Of a stretch of DNA of 64,000 nt, positions 1 through 22,240 are shown piece after piece (the stretch's first letter is position 1; every line of letters starts with the position of its first letter). The notes beneath the pieces were generated by a model that was not told the DNA's origin, made no database searches, and saw only the letters and a program-made list of their open reading frames with translations. Location of the stretch: NCBI GenBank assembly GCA_964035545.1, contig OZ037768.1, positions 2,574,741 to 2,638,740 on the forward strand. Reading direction: 5' to 3'. This DNA comes from Bugula neritina (taxonomy: Eukaryota > Animalia > Bryozoa). A program made the position numbers and the translations under genes.

Positions 1-3000
1 AAATTCATAAAGTCACATGTATCTATTTTAAAATTTTATAACCTTCCCCTACCACTATATAGCATAATATTGTACAAGTGCAAAAGCTTGTGGAAATTTC
101 GCACATAGTTTGTGAAATTTCTGCAGAGATTTTACTGACCCCTGACAAGAGCATGATTTCATTTGTGCACCAATCAGCATGTGTATTTTGTTTACACACA
201 TCTAACCCTACCCTCTGGAGAATGGGACCTACATGTATTTTATAGTTTGTTATCTAATCTCCCTCTTTACTCTAGCCTTTAGCTATACCTATTGATTTTC
301 AAACTTGACTCATAGGAAATGATTAAATAAGTTGTGGTGTGGTAAAAGGTGAAGATACAAAAATAAATGGCATCAGACAGGGAACAATAAGACAGACATT
401 AATTAAAACTTTAGTGTATGGTAGTGGCATCTATATGGTATAGCGTCTTAGCTGTTGTTGAACAAAAGAAGTACATTGCACTAATTATTTCTAGAAAACT
501 CTTGCCATTTACCAAAGTTTATTTACCCCGAAGGCTTTCACTTTACCATCTCTATTGAAATTGAGACTGAAAATAATTATTTTAAGTAACATGAGAGACT
601 CAATTTTAGAATGATAAAAAACTGATTTACTATCTAACAAAAACTACTAAGGAGTTTAACTTATAAAGTGTTAAATTTAGCAACTGGTGTTGAAACAGTA
701 AATTTAATATTAGTATACTGTGATAATAATTTGTTAAAAGTTGTGAAAGAAATTTAAACAAGCTACAGTTGGGGATTAGTTTTTTTTAATTTATAAAAAA
801 AATTATCTAGTTGAAAATTCTTTGCAAAAGTATTGCAAGTTTCAAATCAATTTATGGAAAACTATTTTCAAATTTTTGTTATTGATACAAAGCCCATTTT
901 CAAGTTTATATAAATTATGCAGTTTTTATATACTATGATACAATTAGTTTTGTCATAAATTTCAAGGCAGCTTAGTCAATAACACTATAAGACATGTATT
1001 AGTGACTACTATATTATAATACAGCTTAGTACATCTTGTATTGTTATCATCATCATGCTCTGATATTTAACGTTTCAACACAGCAATAGAACTAAAGACG
1101 TAAACTGTTGGTAAGATCCCCATGTGCTGTCTGCTTCATTTTCATATCAAGTATAATAAATAAATGTAATATAATATAATTTCTCTTTCCCTTGTCTTTA
1201 TATGCCAGAGGTGAATAATAATCAGTTCCGTTTAATAGATTAAGTGTTTTTAATTTACAAAATACCCCTCCATGTTAAAATTATTTGTAGCAAACTAGCA
1301 TCTTGTTTGCTTACCATGTCAACCAATCTCTCCCTGCATTTGCTAGATACAGCTTTGCGTGGTAACATCATTACATGCATTATGGCTTTTGCTCCTCGAA
1401 ATTTGGTATAACTCAGCCCTAGTTTCTTTAATTTATTAAAGAATATATAACAAACTCTGGTATAGCATAGGCTTCATAAAGACATGCAAAAGAGATGCTC
1501 AGAGTTGCATATTTACAAACATAACTAAAATTTGTTTTATTTTTTACATGTCTTCAACGCGTTGAAGTTATTGTATTGTAGTAACACAAAGTTAAGTTTA
1601 ATTTATTTTACAATTCGTTTGTTTTGTGGTAATTAAGCTAGAAATTGTACGAGTCATAGGGTAATGTACTCTGATTATCTTGTTAGTAAACTATACTATT
1701 TATTCACCTATTACTAAAAAAATTAGTAACATAGCACTGCAGTGACAAAGTTATATATTTTAATAAAGTGATTTAATAAGACAGTGATATAACAGTAATA
1801 TGATATAACACACTATAATACAGTATAATAAACTAATAAAGTAATAAAAATTTAAGTATCACACAGCTTAGAATTTTGTCTGCAACTTTTGAAATTGATA
1901 AAAATATTAGAAAAAAACATTTTTAAAGAATTCTAAAGTTGCACACAGCTCAATTAGTTTTACAATATAATTTTAAATTGTATTTAGCTCATACAACATT
2001 TCATTTATATTTTAGCACAAACCTATACATGTTTTTAAATCATTTAAGATAGTGTAATTTCATTTCCTCTCACATTAAGCCAATTTTTAAACACAATCAA
2101 CAAAAAATCATGTTTTTCTATAAAGTTAACTTTTAAATCAAAACACTACTATTGCAGTGAGTCTTTAAAAAAAAATTAACTCAGGTAAACCTCAGCTGAA
2201 CCAATTTGAAAATAAGGTGATGCACTCGCACACACAATTACACTTTATATCTTGCCTAGAATTAAAATTGCATAATTAGTATACTTTTAACAGTTAGAAA
2301 TTTTATTAATAGATCTATATTCATTTTGTTAATCAGTATCTTTACATTTCACAGAAAAAAAAGATGAGCAAACAAAATAATGTTGTAAATACCAACTTTA
2401 TATGATACAAATTTTCCATTTTCCCTCTACCACTTTGGGTTAACTAACTATTGCATCTATTATTGGTTGTATTCACAGGTTTGATATCTGTGTCTATAAT
2501 ACAACTACATCTAGTATACATATGGCATCATATAGGATAATATAAATACGAATAATATATGTAATATCGCCGTGCTTATCCCCTTCCTCATTTTTATACT
2601 TTGTAAAGCAAACCATGTTAAAACATCATTTCTTATTGATTGCCTTTTTTTAATTTTCAATAAAATCTGTGAATGAAACAGTAAAAACTTTAATATACAT
2701 CATCATTGCACGTTTATTAAATTTTGCTTAATTTATAAAACGCACTGTTATAATGTTATGATAAATCAACTTTATACAAAACTAAAATGTATTGTGCCAA
2801 TTGATTGACTATCGAATTTATGGTATTAGAATCTACATTAGCACTCAGTGTATTGTCTCGAATGATTGTGTTTTGATGATTTGTACTGTTACTCAAAATA
2901 TTCATTGTATGCATGCTCTTTACAAACCTCTAATGTTACATTAAACCACTTTTTCTATGCATGTATACCTCATCATAATCTTCTTCCCTATTAAAACTAG

Positions 3001-3276
3001 GCTAGCTAAACGTATTATCTAATATTCTAATCTTTTTATGTGTTTAATGTTTATATTTATTATTTTATGCTTTTCCTATTTGAATTAGCACTAATGAACT
3101 AGTTGATTTTGTAAAAATATTATGTACAATTCTTTAGCAACTTTTTTAAAGTAGTTTAGATTGCATTTATTTATATTTTTGATACCAAAATATAATTTGT
3201 TCTTTTTAAAACTGCATATAAATGTTTTGTTTTGCATGAATTGCATAGCTGAAGTGAGAGTTATGCCCTCTTTTAG

Positions 3277-8416
<5,140 letters not shown>

Positions 8417-9279
8417 CTCATGTTTTAATTAGCTGCAGAACATTTTGCTCACCATTATGTCCTAGTGTTTTAACATATAATGCTCTGTTTGCTATGTACA
8501 TACAGATTAAAAAGTATTTTTATTGCCTAGATTTTTTATTGAAGTGAATTATTTCATCATGTATATAATCTATTTATTTGTATTAGTTTAAAATAATAAA
8601 TTATTTTATTGTATATTAAATTGTATACGCATTTGTGCCTGTCATTTAAACACAGTGTAACTTTGGTTTTATCAAACCCGCAATGAGTATTAAATTCATT
8701 TATTGTACCAAAAGATAATATAAATTAATGTTTAGAATTCATAGTCCACAGTCAAAACAGCTATAAATAATATACATGTACATTTAGAGGGGTTTACAAC
8801 ATAACTATTATTCAGTATCAGAGATAATGACTGACAGATATTCAATGGAAGTTATTGTGGAACTCTAAAATAGCCTCATGACTATACTTTGCACACAAAG
8901 AATTGACTCCAATATATAAATATATTATTATATGCACACTTGCTCTTTTAAAGCATATTCTAACATATATAATTATACAAGTATATGTAAACAAACTATT
9001 ATAATTATCAAGTAGTGATGTAAAATAAAAACCCTGAAACAGTATTTGAAACTGTGTTAACGTTATATCAGCTGATTATAATTGTATCAGTGTTATAACC
9101 ATAATTTGACTGATTATGACTGCGCTAGCCAAAAGACTGGTGCTATGCTGGTACATAATTCAACCAATCAGAATAGCTGTTATACTTTATAACACTGTAG
9201 TATATGACGTAATATTACAGAATATTACTGAAATTAAGTTTATATTCAAATTAAGGCAGGAAATGCACATGCAGACTAG

Positions 9280-11820
<2,541 letters not shown>

Positions 11821-12961
11821 TTCACCACCACAGTTTCTCAGACTATAGTAAAATGTGAGGTAATCCAACAATATATAATGCTAAGTATCTAAAACATGTG
11901 TCTACATTAATTGAAGTGATCTGATAGTATAGAAGTCTTCCAGAATATTTTGATAAAACTTGAATGTGAATAAGGCATAATATGTATGTTGTAGCTAAGT
12001 TCATTAATGCAACAACTGTGTGGAGATTATAGAGGTGCTGGTGTATAATACAAGTGTGTAATCGTTGCCTGGCAGCTGATGCCAGATTATATTTCAAGCT
12101 GCAGAATAAATATTAAATCTCTCAATTTAGCTATTGATATGCAAGGTAGTGGGGAAACTTGAGAACAATACATTAAACAAGTTATACTTGAATAAACCAA
12201 TATCCTTTCGTTTAGACTTTAGAGGAAGTAAGAGTAATGTGTAATTTTAAAACTTGCATACATGACAGCGTGATTGAATAATAGCTCTAACTGTATTTGA
12301 ATATCCTCATTTGTGTACATATGGAATGCAGTTGAGGGTCTTTACTATAGTTGCTCAACAAATCAAAAGGCCTAATCCCAGACAACATATGTACATAGAT
12401 AGATTTTACACCCAACTTATATTCAACATTAGTTGTTATTATTGGGTTGAAGCTTGAGGTGGCACCATTCAATTACAAGCAGATAATTTCTAATGCTACA
12501 AGTTGTGTGAAGCATGCAAACACACTGTTTCTACCTGTTGCAACCCTGTCACGCTCACATGCTAGAAAAACGTATGTACCGTGTAGATTGTAGAGTCTTT
12601 ATGCACATAATAAAATTTCAGACACAGATTTATTTTAGAAGTTATATTTTATTGTACTATCAGAAGAAATCTCAGCTGCACCATTAGGCTATAAGCTCCC
12701 AGTGAGCTGCACATACAACAAAGTAACCTGGAAGTGATGTCATAGTGTGTTGCAGCAGTACATGTGGTACTGATGAAACTCAACTAGTAGAAGGATGTCT
12801 TTGAAATGCATGCAACTATTTCAATAATAGCATGTTGACTGCACTAAGATAAGCCATAGAATAAGCGATGAATAATTTGAAAATTAAAAAACATAAACAG
12901 CTGATGCATTTATTCTCCCCCATTTGAATGATTAGGATCAATGCATGTTCATTAATAGTCA

Positions 12962-15865
12962 CTACGATTTTCTCTTTTTATCGGCAGGAATAGAAGACAC
13001 ACCCTCAGCTGTATCTGACAACTCTTGTGTGTTACTCCTTACAGAATCAGTGCTTGATCTCTCCAGTGACAGCCTATAGTTACTATCAGTACAACTCGAC
13101 CTCTTTAATGACTCTCTAGTCTCATTACCCAACTTGACTGGCTGAGAGTCTGACTGAGTATTAAAGTCTTGAGGAATGTATAAATTTGTGGACATGTCAG
13201 TAACTTTGGAGTAGTCTTCCCTATGTTGGGTCTTTCTAAACACCATACAATGAATGTGATCTAACTTTTGGTAGGCACATCTTTTAAAACCAATAGTTTC
13301 AATAGCTATCTTCCAGTCTTTCATCTGTAAAGGCAATCAGATTCTTAGGATATATAACCAGGGTTAGCCAACATAACACAAATAACATTGAAAACACCAC
13401 ACAAATACTCATAAAAAAATAAACTCCTCAATTCTATTAAAATGCCAGATGACATTAAATAAAAATTATTTAAATAGGTGTGCCACCACAACAACTCACT
13501 TACTTAACTTAGTTTACTAGCAGTAACCATGGTGACTGGATAAGCCAAGAGCTTACCTGTTGTGCCCGTCTGTGCTGCCTGTTAGAATCAGGTGTTATGA
13601 TGACTAACACAGAGTTAACCTGAAGGAGTTGGTGAGCTTTCACACAGCATAGCCATCTCTGTTTAGGAGAGGGCAAGTATTCCAGCAACAAAGAGAAGAT
13701 AACTCCATGAAACCACTGCAACCAAAACAAAGTGATAGTTACTAACTCAACACACCCCCATACTTATGAAATAAGTCTCAAAATTAAACTATTGATATTC
13801 AGCATCAGTTTAACTCAACAAAGCATTATAAGCATTGTAAGGTAATTACAAAAAACCTAATGTGTCTATAAATTGATCAGAGAAGCAGACAAAAGACCAG
13901 ATGACTCACACCTAACGGTAATGAAGTGACAGATCTCTTGTCCTCACTGAGTAACGCTGCCTGTATGGAGCTGCCGTGACTCTCCGTGTGGTGGGTGGAG
14001 ACATTAAGGAAATCACACTGAAGCACATCCTGCAACATATTCTCAGTTCATATGCAGGTTAATAGATGAAAGAGCATGTTTAGTTCTCTATACTGTGATG
14101 TACGCAACGTCTGCAATTCAAGAGAAACAGGAAACCGTATTGGCTGGCAAATGAGATTCTTCTTGAAGCCAAAATAATACAAAACTATGTTGAAAATCCG
14201 GTTCAAAATCAGATTTGAAGAGTAATCAATCTACATCATGAAACAAACTTTCTGTATGACTGGTACGAAATATACTCCATTGAAGATTGATGCTGTCATA
14301 TCTGTAGCTAGAAATGGACATGAGAAGAAAACTCTTAACATAATACCAGTGTTTAGCTATAGTAACGGACTATCTGTTGCAGACTACATTACCTCACAGG
14401 CAGGGCATAGGTCAATAGGAAGACAGTCGAAGTGTTCAAACTTCAGGAATGGGGCATAGCAGCTGCCAACATCCAATACTCGAATCTCTTTCATCAAAGG
14501 TCTGCAAAGAGCACAAACTCATCAGGGCAAGAAAACTCCTTAATGTATAAATTTTATTACCGACAATTATCATGAAAATAAATTTTTTTTTCACCTAAAT
14601 TATAAACAGTGAAAAAATTGTTATCTAATGAAACTGCGACAAAATAAAAACTAAATGACAAATGCTAATTAAAAATGAAATATAATGTAATGCCATATAG
14701 AATAATACATTGTATTATTAAAATCCTATTATATGCCTATGGCTAGTTACCAAAATATTTGTTTATATAATTACTCAGTAAGTAAATTTGATTAATTTTC
14801 ATTAATCTAAAACAACCGTGAGTATATTAAGCTTCATTTGAACTGTTGTATTGCGTATTGTAACTGAATTCTACTTACTCAAAAGGCGTTTTCAATCGCT
14901 CACTAAGTTTCAGCCTTACATCTGATTTGTGCTGATCTAAGTCTACAGACGAATTAAATAGAAGACCACAGCATCTGCTGCACTCTGATTGCTCATCACT
15001 CAGTGATTCCACCAACTCACTAGAATGAAAGTCTAGGCTCCTTTTGTCTTTATTAATCAGCTTTTGTAAATCTCCATTCGCACAGAAATAACTGGTGATA
15101 TATCTTTCGGTCCACACAATTCTGGTCTCTAAATTAAAGGATTTCAAGGTATGGTATAGTAACAAAAATCATTATAAATACAATATACATTATGTATAGA
15201 CATGCACACGCACACACACATATAAAACTTGGGTACAGTAAATTTACAGTCTACACTCATATACATGGTATGTGGTACGTGGTAAGATATATGATATGCT
15301 GCATGCACAATGCTCTGCATGGTATATTATATTAATGTATAATATGCTATGAGTACCACGACTTTTGTCTTTCTCCCAATGATTTGTAGCCAGCTCTTTC
15401 ATAGCCTTAGCATAATCTTTGAGTGTTTGCTGATCTTCGAGATGGTTTTCCCACACCTCATTACAGTCACCGCCTTTCAAGTAAAATAATATAGAAATTA
15501 ATCTATGTCTCATTATTTGCCCTTTTGTGCATTCTTTATCAGTTCCATCTATTTAAATGAAACACATATATTAAAAGGGATAAATTTATAACTGATACAC
15601 ACAGTAATAGCATTTGTTGAAACTATGACTAACCAAATTAACCAAAATATAATTAACATTGAAAAACAACATCTGAGTGCACCAAAACCAAAAACTATTA
15701 AATTCCAAACAATTATGAGATGAAAATTCATTGGCATTTAAATACTATACAATAATACATAGCAGATATTTGACAAACATGCGTTAAGAAATTACCATTG
15801 ATGCAGCTTCGTCTTAACTTTGAATGAACAGATTTTATGATGCAAGCAAGATCTTCCTGTGTCAT
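12962..15865 (-). CDS. BMT2: S-adenosylmethionine sensor upstream of mTORC1 (SAMTOR/BMT2/C7orf60), 395 aa
   Basis: Exons 15865-15796, 15473-15357, 15128-14879, 14501-14393, 14029-13910, 13715-13557, 13324-12962. Motifs [68 protein letters not shown]. Confidence 0.93.
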
Positions 15866-15889
15866 TTTAGGTCATAATTTTTTCCTTCT

Positions 15890-16885
15890 AAAATAAAAAT
15901 ACAATGAGTTGAAATTTTGCATAAATATCAATATATTTAAACTTCTTCACATTACAATTTGAAATTGAGAAGTTAATTCTGTTATTTTCATTTTGATTTT
16001 AATTTAAGTTTTACTTTTATACTTATAGTCTTATACTTATAGTTTTAATTAAACTTTTACTTTTAGTATTTCACTTATGCAACTAGTACTAATACTAAAG
16101 CCAAGAAATCAAAAAAAAATTTAATTAGAGTTTGAGCTACTTATAATTGAAAATAAAATTAAAATAATCATAATGAGCATCAATATAATTAAAATAATAT
16201 TTAATAAAATTAATACTTATGCAAACTCAAAACTACACCGGAACCCGCAAGTACTACCAATTGCTGGAATCATTAAATATAGCCTACTATTACTTTTATT
16301 TTTATAACTTAAACAAAGCTTTTAGTTATTGCAATAAAAAAAATTTAAATAAACAAAATGTTAAAAAAAAATTAATTACATTTGATGTTAATTTACAAAA
16401 CAAAAACAAAAAAGGTTTGACTAGTTTAAAGTAGACTAACGCGTGAACATTTCCGGGGGTGTGCTTTAAATTGTGACTTGTGGAAAAGCCGTCCTGACCT
16501 CAGACTGTAACCTGAGGCTGAGTTCAAGTGACATTACATTTACTTCTAGTTTTACTGCCAAAAGTAATAGGCAGTAGCAATACTATAACTCTTTTTCTAT
16601 AAATATTATTTATAAGTATTATTATTAGTTTAACTATAGTTTGTAAGTTATAAGTATAAGATTAAGACATAATCATAATATTAATAATAATATTATTAAT
16701 ATTAATAATCATAATGATTATGGTGATTTAATGATAATCATAATCATAATGATAATCACTGATTATTATTATGATAAGTCCAAGGCAAGTTTATTATGAT
16801 TATGATTATAAAATTATATTATTATTATTAGTCTAAGTTAATACTATTAGACTTAGAGCTACTTTTACTTTTAGTCTTACTGTTA

Positions 16886-16939
<54 letters not shown>

Positions 16940-17783
16940 GTGTTAATATTACAAATGAAGTTAGATATATTTATATTATTAATAATAATTATAATGATAC
17001 TTATGATATTATTTATAGTAATGATTATAATGGTTTAATATAAGATTCAAAGTCATCATTATGATTATTAGTATTAGTATTACTAATTAAAATAACATAA
17101 AAATAATTGTGATAATTTGATATGAAAAGATATTGTAGTTATTAAAATAAACTAAATTATTTATTTATTGTGATTCATTATGATTATAGTTGTGCTGGCA
17201 AATTTTCAGCAATATATTATTGTTAATATTATGATCATCATTATGATCATGCTTATCTTGAATAACTATTACTATGAGCTTAAGTGAATAATAAAAACTA
17301 TAATTATTTATCTTTAAAATATTGGACAACCTGAATTGATATGTTTATTATAATTATCTCAATACTCATTATTAATATTATGAATAAGTCATGAACTAGA
17401 AGTGATATATTTTTAGCAATGATAATTAATTTAGTCATTTTCATAACAACTCTGTTCGACGAAAGTAGATGTTACTTTTACAAAGTAAAATTATAATTTA
17501 CATTTTTTTATAACAGTGGCTAAAAGTGTATGCAGACAGTTTGATGAATAAAATTGAATAATTAAAAAATTAGATTGTGGGTTCACAATAACTCTTAGAG
17601 CTGTCTGTTACGGTTTGTAAAAATTAACCTCTAATAACTTTAGCGAATTAATTTTTATGGTTGCACAGTTGTAATGTTGGCAAATCTTAAGAAATAGTCT
17701 GCTAATTTAACAGCAAATACTAATAAATAAAATATGTGTTATGTGTATTTAAATCTTGCAAAAAGTGTTCTATTAATTGATAG
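15890..17783. promoter_or_regulatory. Divergent (head-to-head) promoter region and first introns of BMT2 and RBSN
   Basis: Inferred from gene orientation; a short GC-richer island at about 16435-16530 sits between AT-rich hexamer-periodic tracts. Confidence 0.55.
16885..16939. repeat. (GCTGTT)n hexanucleotide repeat
   Basis: About 9 units, embedded in a larger 6-bp periodic tract. Confidence 0.9.
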
Positions 17784-17788
17784 ATCTA

Positions 17789-20700
17789 ATGGCAAGAGCC
17801 TTGAGGCAACAGTCACCTCAATCTCCACTGGATAGGGAAGGGTTTCTATGTCCCATGTGTCTGCAGGACCTAGGAAGTGCTGCTTCACTCGCTAATCACT
17901 TTGACAATGCTCATAACTCTACAGAAAGCACAGATGTGATAGACCAAGTCAAAGGCTGGTTTTATTGCTAGTAGTAACTTCAAAAAGTTAATGCCTTCAT
18001 TGTTAGGCATTGACTATTTATGCTTTTTTGTATTTACTCAACTATAGTGTGAAACATGTTGCCTAAAGTTTGCTTGTGAACTTTTACAAATTATAAAAAT
18101 GAAAATTGATCAGTCAACTAAATGAAAATTTAAGCTGTGCACTACTGTTATAGTAATTATAATGACTTTTTTCGTTTATCAATTTTAATTTATATTGCTG
18201 ATTGATTTGTAGGATTTTTCGGTAAAGCAAAAAAGTTTTTTGCGTTGGAGGACGAAGCTAATACAGAAGTTACTACTTTTAGAGCTGAACCTGTGACCAC
18301 AGTTGCAGCAGCTTCTAGTATTGAATTTTTCGAGCCACAGTGTTTAGGTACTTTATTCTAGCTACTTGGAAGTATACATTGAAGTGAACTAAACCATGGC
18401 TAATATTTAGTTATTTCATAGATACGTTCTTTTCTAGCTCTATTTTGGAGTTGTTCTTGATTACAGATTTGTCTGTGTTTGTATTGCTGATAACCATTTA
18501 ATAATTGACAAATGATTTATATCTATTATAAGGAAGTACTCTAAATTGTTATCAGATAATCTAATTTTATATTGTTTGATATAAACTAGCATCCATTTAT
18601 TAGAAGATTTTATCATATATTATAGCTGCTTTTGCAGTTAAACATATTCATACTAATTAGCTATTGTTTGTTGTATACATATGAGCTCACATATTGGGTT
18701 TTTCTATTTTGCAAGTTATAAGATAATTTTTCTGTATCATATCTACGGTTTCAAGGTGATGCTTCATTGTTTTTTATTTTGCAATTCAGAAATTGTCTAC
18801 CCCAATCATTTAGGCTCTGTTCTTGGCAGTTGCGATCCAGAAACTGAGTGGCTTCTCTAGCATGTCCCAGTCTTCTTTTTGGCTTCCATAAGAGAGGCAC
18901 CAGATGACCACTCTTACTGAGTTATTCTAAAATCCTTAACTATTTGCACCCATGAGCTTAGCAAAAAAATGTTGCCAGACCAACATGGATTTGCTTCCCC
19001 ATTAGCACCCGATCCAATAGACATGTACATATGTATTGATCTGTAGCTCTCGCTATTTCTAATTTACAATGTGTTGCAGTTTGGAGGTGGTTGTTTGTAG
19101 GAAAGACTAGAAATCTAACAGATGGTTTCAAAGCAATGCGAGACTCTAAAGTAGACCAAACTGTTATAGAATGCAACAAACTAGTTATTAGACTATCCAA
19201 ATTATCAGCAGATGATCTGCCTGAAGACAACTCCAAACGAAAAGGTTTGAGAGTCGTTTTCCCTTTAAATATCCAGCAATAAAAGTTAACTGCTTTTATA
19301 TTTGCTACTCTAGAGGCTATTATGTTGTATCTTCCACTTTTTATGAGCTGTCGGTGATTTTCAAGTTTTAAAAGAAGTTATTAGTTTAATCAGGATAAAC
19401 TGGGAGTCACACTGAGTATAAAATGTGTTTCAATGCTGATTTATAACATTAGTTTTCACTTCCTTCTCTTACCTTAGCTTTTTATTTTCAGTTGGCTAGT
19501 TGCAGTCAATTTCTAAACATTTTTAAAAAGTTTATGTAAGTCTGGTTGTTTTTTTAGCTTTTGAGCAGAGTGTTGTAAGATGGGCAGAAGATGGGTCGGT
19601 TAAAGTATGCTCCACATGTGGCAAAGGATTCAACATAGCCCGAAGGCGTCACCATTGTAGGCTTTGCGGTGGCATTATGTGTGATAAATGCTCGGAGTTT
19701 CTCCCCCTTTCTCAAGCAAGTGGGTAAAAGTAATTTTGGTCATTATAATAAAAAATAATGAATGTTCAATTGATTATAAATTAATTTCTCAATATTATAA
19801 ACAATACAATGTGTGTATATCTGTATTTGTACGAAATGACAAGTTTGATGCTCAAACAGTTTATTAAATACCTTGTTTATATCTATTTGAGAAAATCTTG
19901 ATAGAGTTACAACTTCATAACTATTATGACAAAGATTCTAGCTTTTGCAACACCTTGTAGTAATAATTTGTATGTCATTTTACTATATGATCATAATACA
20001 TTATTATTCTAATGTATATTGCTATGGTAATATTATAAAACAGTGTTTATGATTTCAATAGGATACTACTAGTGCACCCTGAAACATTCTATACAGTATA
20101 TCAGTTTAACAAGAAACACCGAAATGGGCAATGTTTATGTTATGGAAAGCATATTTACCTTAAGCAGTAGAATAATTAAAATTCGAATTTGCACAAGTAA
20201 ACTAGAAAATATAAATAATTATATTTTTTGCAAATATATTTTTAGGTATTAAATTTTTGCTTTTATCATACCTGCATGACCTCTGAGATATTATTATATT
20301 TGTGTGTTGGCTATTATAGATTTATATTCATTATTTGATTTTATTAGAACGTCTCACTACTTCAGTCACCAGCTCTGAGCTGACCATCTCCCAGCCTGTG
20401 TTTCTAAAGAGAAGTGGGAGTAATAGTAGCCTTAGCTCATTAGGTTCTAAAGAGGAAGGCCTTGCTCTTCGACTTTGTGCAAACTGTAGGAAGCTGTTAG
20501 AATTACACAGATCTAAGCAAGAACAGCGACATTTTGTGCCACCAATAGCAGAACTTTATGAGGTATAGTCATGGCTTCTCTTCAACAGTTTCAAACTGTA
20601 TTGTGTGAGATTGTTCCGTTTGCTTTGTGAATGGCTTAATATTTATACTAGAGTTCTGTTTGCAAAGTTTCTGTAGACTTTCTTTTTCGATGAGATACTC

Positions 20701-22240
20701 AACACTAAAGAGTCTAACTGATACTAGAAAGTTTAAATAAAACACAGGTCCATTGCTTGCTTTAAGCTATTTTTAAGACACCGATTTTTCACTTAACAAC
20801 TTATGCATGTATATGCAGACGGTTTGGTTGTGATGGATAATTAATGCTATTTGTGCTCCTTGGTTTGTTTTAGAAACTGCAGAGTTTTAGATCTGAATCA
20901 GAAAAACTCACTCCTCAATACATTAAGATGGCATTTTCACTTGGGTGAGACTCAATGAAACATCACTGCTCGTGCTGGCATATTTGTCTTGAACCTATAT
21001 GGCGTTTGAAAGTTTATAGTAGAATGAAAGACTCTCTGTTTCATCACTATTATTATTGTCTTCACACGCAGGTCAGGGGAGACGACTTACAGCTTAGACC
21101 AAGCATCCACTTCTAGGCAGCAAATAGCGAGACTTTATAATAATATAGAATCTATTAGCAAAAAGATTATCAATTTACAAGGCGAGGAAGGGGAGGTAGT
21201 GAGCCAGACGGCCGTTAAACTCAGGTTACACATTAGAGCTTATGCTATATCTTATATTCAAGACTGCTCGGCAACTTTACCATCTCTGCCAGACGAGAAG
21301 AAATTTGCACAGCTGGTCCGGGAGAGAGAGGAAGAGCGCAAGAGAAGAGTACAGATTCAACTGCAAGACTCACAGGTAAATTATATTATGCAGGTAGATC
21401 ACAATACGCAGGTAAATTATGTTCCTTTAACTGTAAAATTTCTACTTCACTTGTATTCAGTATGTAATTGTGAAATATCAAAACAGGCATCTTTAATATA
21501 AAATCATCTACAAAAAGTAGTGTTTTAAGTAAGTTTATGAAGTTATCTTTAGGGCCTGTAGATATACTATGGAAATTTTTTTATCCTTTTATAGTAAAGT
21601 TATTGGCTTAAAAAATAGCGAGATGTTTTAACACTTTTTAAACAATGCTGCTAAGTTTTTTGACATGGAGATATTGGTAGTAAGGGGGGCTACTCAAGCC
21701 ACCCTTACTATACACACATCATTCTTTCAGGAAAGAGCCAGACAACAGCTCCAGTTACCAATAAAGAAGAAAGCAGTACCGGCTGTATCTCGTAGTGACA
21801 GCTCAAGACTTGGTCAGCAAAAGGCAGCACCCTCAGGATGGCTGCCTGGAGACGTAGATAGTCAGCAGGTTATGGACGATGACCCCTTGGTTAGTTTCTG
21901 ATATAGTCATGTGTTATCTTAGATTCTGTATTACATCATGTGTTTTTACTTTTTTCATAGCTTGAAAAGCTTATGTGGTGTTAACTCAGTGACACACGAA
22001 TATATTTTCTTTTACAAATGAATTCTACAGTGGTTGAACCATTTTAATGTAGTCCAACCTAACTATCAGTTGCTGGTAGCCATACAATGTGTAACTCCTA
22101 AGGGGTTTGAATTTCAGGTTCAACAGATCAATATAATTCAAGGATATTTAAAGCAAGCAAAACAGGCAGAGAAATATGATGAAGTAGAGATGCTAGAAGA
22201 AAACCTTCGCCAACTTAAAATTCAGTTTCAGCAACAGTAG
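17789..22240 (+). CDS. RBSN: Rabenosyn-5 (ZFYVE20), 492 aa
   Basis: Exons 17789-17954 (GC donor), 18213-18347, 19101-19244, 19558-19719, 20348-20562, 20874-20944, 21072-21375, 21731-21889, 22118-22240. N-terminal C2H2 finger EGFLCPMC..H..H; FYVE domain WAED...RRRHHCRLCG; C-terminal Rab-binding helix pair DPLVQQINIIQGYLKQAKQAEKYDEVEMLEENLRQL. Confidence 0.93.
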
